Origin: Octopus vulgaris
Taxonomy: Eukaryota
DNA: 64,000 nucleotides
NCBI GenBank assembly: GCA_951406725.2
Contig: OX597835.1
Location: 7,750,001-7,814,000, forward strand
Direction of reading: 5' to 3'
Position numbers and translations under genes: made by a program
Shown here: positions 56,268 through 64,000 of the stretch, one piece after another
How positions within the stretch are numbered: position 1 is the first letter of the stretch
Layout of the letters: each line of letters opens with the position of its first letter
The notes under the pieces: generated by a model
Told to the model about the DNA's origin: nothing
Database searches by the model: none
The model's input: the letters and a program-made list of their open reading frames with translations, nothing else

Positions 56268-57063
56268 TTTGACATCAGATTGAGACATGTATGAATCAGT
56301 ATTTGGTGAAGAGCAAAACATTTTTAGTTAGGGTGAATGTTGGTGGTTTTGTGCATCAGTTTGTTGTTTACAATATCAGGTTGAGAAACTTCTATTGTTT
56401 CGAAGTCACTGCTAGGATCATAGTTTTGCTTTATCATTCGGTATTGAGTTTTAATTGAGCGCTTCCTCGCAGTATACAAAGACAGTAAGGAACTTTGGAT
56501 GCCAAGTCTCACATTCAATAAAATCGGTGAATTGGATGAAATGAGGTTGCTGTCCGGATTTGACACACGGCTGTTGTTTGTTATTCTAAATATTGTTGTT
56601 GTTGTTGTTTTGATGATGATAACGATGGTCCCTAATGATTATGATAATGACGATGATGATGACGACGACACTAATAAAATTTATAGTTGTAGTGATTACA
56701 TAATTTGATGAGCATTTTACTGCCGAGTCCTTTTATATACATAATTATAAAACTTCCATCTATAAGAAAAGGAAATATCGTACGTGATCTGGAGGGACAC
56801 ATTCATCAATCGCCATCTTCCAGATTTATTCACAATATTAGCTGCGCACACAAGTTGCAAGGAATCTTCCAGGTTTCCATCAGTTTTGGAATAAATGATC
56901 GCGTGATCAGCTAAATTTATATGATCGATAGAGTTTGAAGAAATACAGTTTGTCGGGATACCGCTAATGGCGCCAGCTTCCGGTTAACACCAGATGCACT
57001 TGGAACGTTTTAAAGCAATTTCAAAACGTAAGTCCGTTCTTAAGTTTATTATACACACACATT

Positions 57064-57129
<66 letters not shown>

Positions 57130-57290
57130 AACACACACACACGTGCTCACAGATACACACATGTATTCATAAGTATGTATACAGGCATGTAGGTATGTAT
57201 ACATGTATGAATGTATGTACGTACGTATGTATGTATATATGTATGTGGTATATATATATATATGTATATATGCATGTATGTATGTATGTA

Positions 57291-57490
57291 TGTGGTTAGA
57301 GCTTCGGGCTCATAATCATGAGGTAGTGAGTTCGAATCCCGGACCAGGCTGTCTGTTCTATTCTTGGGCAATGTCACATTACTTTATGTCACATTACTTG
57401 AATTCACTCAGCTGTAGAATTGAGTTGCGACGTCACTGGTGCCAAACTGTATCGGCCTTTCCCTTGAATAACATCAGTGGTGTGGAGAGG
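57291..57490 (+). mobile_element. SINE family D, diverged partial copy
   Basis: GGTTAGAGC...GTTCGAATCCCGGACC...TTCACTCAGCTGTAGAA...CGACGTCACTGGTGCCAA. Confidence 0.75.
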
Positions 57491-59459
57491 TTTCACATTT
57501 CGTTAATGGAAAATTTGTCTTCTAATATCACAGGGTCTTTTATGTCCTAGATATAATCGACTGTCCTGCCTCAAATTTCTACTCTTGTACCGATGTTGAC
57601 TAATAATTTTTTAATACATATTTCGCTGAAGAATTTGTTATTGAGCTACGATCTAGCAGAGAGTCATTTGATGCGAACGAATAAATTATTAGCACCTCTA
57701 CTTTAAATACATTACAGAAAAGGACAAACACAACACTGTTGGGATTTGAACTCATACCACGAAAGAACAAAGCAGAACTCTGTGAAACAGTGAAATGGTT
57801 CTCTAACACTTTTGCTAACAAGTGTCAAGATCGTTGTTAAATGTCGATAGTTTGGTTCGGTTCTGCGCTAAAAAGTTAGGACAATAACACAATGAAAGTC
57901 GGTCAATTAGCTGACTTGGCCACTTCTCTTATCCAGTTAAATATTGATCGGCTTAATGGTTGACTCTCATTACAAGAACAACAACAACAACAACAACAAC
58001 AATAGCAGCAGCAGGGACAATAATAACAGCAACAATAAACACAAACTCATATTTCATGTCCGATCTAGATATAGAAAGGTTGCTGGTAATGAGTGAGAAG
58101 TTGAGGTAATTCTTTTTAACAGATACAATATATTGTATAAATAACTTCCGACATAGCGAAATGCATATCAGCATTTAATCAGCATTCGATATCCCCATGA
58201 TAGGAATACGTGTGGGCGGAAAAGATTCGTATCAAATAGGTCAGCCTTTCATGATACGAACACTAACACTGTTCCCTCCGTTGTTGTTTACAAAGCATGA
58301 AGATAAAATCGCTCTCAGCACAACATTTAATGGATGGCGAAATGTAGCGAGAACCATAAATGCAGGAATTTAACAAAAAGACCTTAATCCCACGGAGAAA
58401 GCAAAATAAACAACATACACACACAATCCCACACATGCTCACACACATATATGTTCATATATACATACTAATTAATATTATATATATATATACAAATGTG
58501 TGTGTGTGTGTGTGTGTGTATGTGTGTGTATGTGTGTGTGTGTGTGTTTGTGTGCATGTATGAATATGTATCTTTCATTGAGCTGATGAAGACTATACAG
58601 TTGAAATCACGAAGTAGCCGCCATATTTTTTCTATTGAAAGGCATTGAGTGATCCTTCAACTTAGTATTCGGCTGTTTTTATAAGTAAATATACATAAAC
58701 ACCCCCAGATATACACACACATGCACACACAAGCACACCTACATATATGAGAGAGAAAGAGAGAGAGAGAGAGAGTGATAGAGATGGTGTCAGTTATATA
58801 TATATATACATACCTATACATACATATAAACACGTGTGTGTGTGTGCGCGTAGGCTAGCGCTTTTGGGGTAGAATTCTCATAAGAAGCATTCCGACCTCT
58901 TTCTCCCATATAGGTTTACAGCCCAGCACCACATTATCCAATGCATCGATACACTTTTCAGAGTGTAAGTCGAAATAATTTGACCGCTGCAAAGGATTTT
59001 GTAGATCATGAGCCTCTGGATCTCATCTGTTGACCTTCTCTCTTTATATATATGAATATATGTATGTATTTATATACCCGGTTGCATATATGAAATATAT
59101 TTTCCTTTTGTGTGTATGAGCCATGATATACTTTGGGAGGGGCGTACTATTTATAAACACACGCGCTAGGTTTTGCTCACTTCACTTTTAATCGTATCAT
59201 AGATGTTTCGCTCAACTATGAACTTTTCAATAATTTCTGTTGTTCAGCTGATTTACTTTTATGACATCTATTTCGTTTTCATTCTGCCTTTTATATTATT
59301 TACTCCATATTCGCTTGTTTTAATTTTTCTACTGTCAAGATAAATACGTCTGCATGCAGCATGTAACTTGTGTGTATAAAAGTGTTTGTGATATTTTGAG
59401 TATAAATGATTGTAATCTATATGAGTAGAGACGGGCTTCAGTTGATTTTGATCTTATAT

Positions 59460-59960
59460 CAATGTGGCTGGTGGCAGATGCAGTGGCATTTTCAGAATGC
59501 ACACTGCCTCTGTAACCTGTCGCAATGTAGAACTTTTAGATGTGTGGAAAGTACTTTTGTTTCAATATTGTTTATTGATCCATAGTGATTTTGCATTGCA
59601 TGTTGCTGAAATTTCTACACTAGCATTTCCTGCAGCCTTTGTGGTAAACTATAATCTTATATTAGTCGTTTATCAATCTGTTGGTTGTGCATACTCTGCA
59701 GTTGTCAGTGAATAGAGATGCTTTTCTAAAGGAATACCACTAATGGAAAACTGACTTGATGCACCTGCTTGGTTTTCAGCCCCCTTCAATTTCTACAGTG
59801 TTTTCCCAAATGTGGCGGTTTGCACTTTTCTGGATGCAGCATCTATGAATATTACACCTTTTAATTTGCTGCCATATCAACCATCTTACTTTCTCTGACA
59901 AGTTCCTTTTCAGTTAGAGCAACAAAACGAAACACTTCACGGACAAGAAATTTAGTGTTC
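59460..59960 (-). mobile_element. Highly decayed RTE-like reverse transcriptase/thumb fragment
   Basis: Scattered motifs VALTEKEL, FSISGIPLEK, QIDKR, KAAGNA and SLWINK in the expected order. Confidence 0.35.
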
Positions 59961-60223
59961 GATCAATCTGGCAAGAAAAGAGTTAGATATGCTAATCGAT
60001 CCATAGAGCTGATCATAACTTCTAGTATTTGCAGTTTTATACGCAGTATGTTCTTGGATTTTTGACAAAAAGTCCAGTGTGGTGCGAAACGTTCGTACAG
60101 CTATTTAGTCTTTTCTGTTGACAAATGGATTGTACAGGCGTATTATTTACAGTAGTTATAACACCATAACATCAATTCACTTCTTAGATAAGTTATAGTA
60201 CATTATAGCGATGAAACCACACT

Positions 60224-60300
<77 letters not shown>

Positions 60301-61048
60301 ATATATACACATATATGTATATATATAGGTACCTATATGTTTACACACACACATACATTCCCACACAGCACACACACATACATATGTATACATATTTGCT
60401 TATATACGATAAAATTACAATACGACAAGATACACACAAACATACAAATATACAAATATGCATACATACATACATACATTTATGCATATATCCATGCATG
60501 CATACATACATGCATACATACAGGAATACATGCAAGCATACATACATACATACATACATACATACATACATACATACATACATACATACATACATACATA
60601 CATACATACATACATACATACCATCGGCTGATCCTAATTAGTTGTGTTGATATGTCTAGAAACGCTGTCGTATCATTTCGTAACAGAAGCAGATGTCTCT
60701 TCCGTTTTGCCGTTAGGTGTGAAGACACAAGTGAGTGTAGACATGATTACATCGCCATTACTAGTGGACTGAACCTACTAACCCAATTATCTTACCATAG
60801 GCATTGTACAAGTTGCTGCGACACTTGGTTACTTACGGCGTCAACAAAATCAGCGACGCTGGGAAGGCCGCCAGCTTGTTCGTTTCTCATAGCTTCGACA
60901 TTTTTTTATCTGTTTATCAAGTGAGCTGGTTTTCACACACGCGTGCGCGTCCCACCACCGCACCACCATCACATCCACTTATAAGTGGATGTTTTGCATT
61001 GGGTTTTTCTTACAGATGAATCATTGGTCCTGTTGGAATCATTCCATA

Positions 61049-61209
61049 GGCGCAGGAGTGGCTGTGTGGTAAGTAGCTTGTTTACCGACCACATGGTTCC
61101 GGGTTCAGTCCCACTGCGTGGCACCTTGGGCAAGTGTCTTCTACTATAGCCTCGGGCCGACCAAAACCTTGTGAGTGGATTTGGTAGACGGAAACTGAAA
61201 GAAGTCTGT

Positions 61210-61242
<33 letters not shown>

Positions 61243-61467
61243 ATGTGTTTGTGTGTCTGTGTTTGTCCCCCTAGCATTGCTTGACAACCGATGCTGGTGT
61301 GTTTATGTCCCCGTTAGTTAGCGGTTCGGCAAAAGAGACCGATAGAATAAGTACTGGGCTTGCAAAAGAATAAGTCCCGGGGTCGAGTTACTCGATTAAA
61401 GACGGTGCTCCAGCATGGCCGCAGTCAACTGACTGAAAAACAAGTAAAAGAGTAAAAGAGTAAAGAG
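61049..61467 (+). mobile_element. SINE family B, full length
   Basis: GGCGCAGGAGTGGCTGTGTGGTAAG head through the GTAAAAGAG tail. Confidence 0.9.
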
Positions 61468-61532
61468 TATACCTAATTATTTTGTAGCAGAGGTTCTGAG
61501 TGAGAGGGGAAGATGTGAGACGACCACCTAAA

Positions 61533-63125
61533 ATGGTCGTGCAAAAGTTTTCGGTCACCTTCCTTAAACCAATCAAGATACTGTGTTTTAAAATAGAAAA
61601 ATGTCCAAAATGAAAATTTATTACATAATGTTCATTTCTAGAAATTACTGTACATCATTGATATTTCGTGTGGCTTCCCTTAGCGTAAATAATTGCTTCA
61701 ATGCACCTGGGAAGAGATGTATGCAAACCCTTCACCATCTTCACAGGTATGAGATGCCATTCTCTGTGGCTGAGCTCCCACAACTCTTCAAGTTTGGGTG
61801 GATTCTTCTGACGGAACTCTTCTCTTTAGTTCTGTCCACATTTACTCGATGATATTTAAGTCAGGTCTCTGAGCTGCCCAATTTTTAATACGGTAACAGA
61901 CTCTATTGTGTGATCTGTGAAACGGAGCTCCATCTTGCGGAAAATTCTCACCTTCATCCAAGTCTGGTATCAAAGGTGTTCGTCAACAACAGAATGTATT
62001 TGGCACTCATCAAGTTACCGTCGATTTTTACCAACTTTCTAGAAACATCACTTTTTATGTATCTCCAAACATCAGACTCTTACCCCAAACGTCACTGTTT
62101 TCGTCGTGTAATTACCGTCGATTTTTACCAACTTTCTAGAAACATCACTTTTTATGTATCTCCAAACATCAGACTCTTACCCCAAACGTCACTGTTTTCG
62201 TCGTGTAATTACCGTCGATTTTTACCAACTTTCTAGAAACATCACTTTTTATGTATCTCCAAACATCAGACTCTTACCCCAAACGTCACTGTTTTCGTCG
62301 TGTAATTACCGTCGATTTTTACCAACTTTCTAGAAACATCACTTTTTATGTATCTCCAAACATCAGACTCTTACCCCAAACGTCACTGTTTTCGTCGTGT
62401 AATTACCGTCGATTTTTACCAACTTTCTAGAAACATCACTTTTTATGTATCTCCAAACATCAGACTCTTACCCCAAACGTCACTGTTTTCGTCGTGTAAT
62501 TACCGTCGATTTTTACCAACTTTCTAGAAACATCACTTTTTATGTATCTCCAAACATCAGACTCTTACCCCAAACGTCACTGTTTTCGTCGTGTAATTAC
62601 CGTCGATTTTTACCAACTTTCTAGAAACATCACTTTTTATGTATCTCCAAACATCAGACTCTTACCCCAAACGTCACTGTTTTCGTCGTGTAATTACCGT
62701 CGATTTTTACCAACTTTCTAGAAACATCACTTTTTATGTATCTCCAAACATCAGACTCTTACCCCAAACGTCACTGTTTTCGTCGTGTAATTACCGTCGA
62801 TTTTTACCAACTTTCTAGAAACATCACTTTTTATGTATCTCCAAACATCAGACTCTTACCCCAAACGTCACTGTTTTCGTCGTGTAATTACCGTCGATTT
62901 TTACCAACTTTCTAGAAACATCACTTTTTATGTATCTCCAAACATCAGACTCTTACCCCAAACGTCACTGTTTTCGTCGTGTAATTACCGTCGATTTTTA
63001 CCAACTTTCTAGAAACATCACTTTTTATGTATCTCTAAACATCAGACTCTTACCCCCCACTGTTTTCGTCGTGTAACGCGGGTCGGCTCCCTTTCCTGGA
63101 GGCCTTCTGACAAATTCTTGATTAT
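61533..63125 (-). mobile_element. Decayed Tc1-like transposon (DDE region and 3' end) containing a tandem array
   Basis: - strand reads EFVRRPPGKGADPRYTTKTVGGKSLM...KLVKIDGNL.SAKYILLL...FPQDGAPFHRS...WAAQRPDLNIIE.MWTELKRRV...WHLIP...SLPRCIEAIIYAKGSHTKY; TIR-like GTGCAAAAGTTT at about 61539. Confidence 0.85.
62015..63076. repeat. Tandem array, 11 x 97 bp, derived from Tc1 transposase coding sequence
   Basis: Units start every 97 nt from 62015 to 62985; the first ten look identical by eye and the eleventh is a variant. Confidence 0.95.
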
Positions 63126-63418
63126 TGCACTCTGCACATGCACCAGAAAAATGGTTAACAATGGGTTATATAGGGCAGACGGTCTAGCAGTGCATTTATC
63201 TCTTACATTCGTTATAAGAGTGCGACCATCTTAGGGCAACACCTTTAAGAGTTGTAGTAGAATGGACTCCAGTACTTGATCAGAGTGCACTCGGATGAAG
63301 CTCCATGATTCAAATCGGTTTTATTACCAACTATGATATTTTTTAGTATAATAAGGATGATACCAAATAATATTGGCAGCAGAGACAGCTGTTAGATGGG
63401 ATGCAGTGTTTTTGTAAA

Positions 63419-63799
63419 TCTTTATATATAAAAGTCAAGTTGTGTGTCTGTCTCCTACGATTTAGATTTCTAACTACTCCCACATTTTGCGGTGCAGTTT
63501 AACCAAAACCGGGTATCTTATAGTCGTGATTAATATCGAGCCCTTCTGGGTATTAGCGCGCGTCTACGATGAGTTTACGATTAAAAAAAATTACCATAAT
63601 TTTTTTCCATTTTAATGCATTTCTCGCTATTATATAAGGGAAGTAACTCTCTAAAATGTCTACGATGAGTCAACGATTAAAAAAAATTTTTTTTTCCATT
63701 TTTAATGCATTTTTTGGCTATATTTGGCTATAATTCTCTAAAAATGCTTATATAGTTATTTACCTTACAAACCCGAGCAACGCCGGGCGATACTGCTAG
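63419..63799 (+). mobile_element. Non-autonomous Helitron
   Basis: a|TCTTTATATATAAAA ... CCCGAGCAACGCCGGG hairpin, then CTAG|t. Confidence 0.8.
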
Positions 63800-63947
63800 T
63801 AATTAATAAATAATAATTGATGCAAATCAACTGCTGTTCATCATTATTATCTCAATTTTCTATTTTCTTCACACACACACACACACTCACACACACACAC
63901 ACACACACACACATACATACATACATACATACATACATCTATCTATC

Positions 63948-63978
<31 letters not shown>

Positions 63979-64000
63979 GTATGTATATATATTTATTTCA

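Noticed and set aside
56324-56566. 80-aa minus-strand ORF in unique sequence (also 12027-12245, 17170-17370 and 53305-53520)
   Set aside because: No recognisable domain or convincing splice context, and the length is within chance expectation.
58583-58620. CTGATGA-agact(atac)agtt-GAAA hammerhead-like motif
   Set aside because: Stem I and stem III cannot be formed convincingly.
62015-63076. Regular array as a possible CRISPR
   Set aside because: No unique spacers, no cas genes, eukaryotic context, and the unit is Tc1 coding sequence.

Overview
AT-rich, microsatellite-dense eukaryotic DNA. The repeat set (tRNA-derived SINEs of several families, Dong/R4-like and RTE-like LINEs, Penelope remnants, mariner/Tc1 elements, non-autonomous Helitrons) is what I associate with an octopus or other coleoid genome; this is an inference. 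Most ORFs in the track are translations of simple repeats. One host gene is supported: the last three coding exons (1354-1490, 3560-3657, 4268-4556, + strand) of an LRRC74-like protein with an EF-hand-like C-terminus. A heavily decayed class A GPCR pseudogene probably lies at about 36236-34732 (- strand). The most unusual signal is a set of minimal type I hammerhead ribozyme motifs. They include compensatory core variants (U3:A8 and A3:U8 in place of C3:G8) and a cluster at 12.9-13.4 kb with hammerheads on both strands that could release a 406-nt RNA. Other notable features are an 11-copy 97-bp satellite amplified from inside a Tc1 transposase gene, SINE concatemers inserted under a single target-site duplication (TSD), a mosaic SINE and chimeric Helitrons. 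All calls come from manual reading. Repeat boundaries are approximate and no database search was run.
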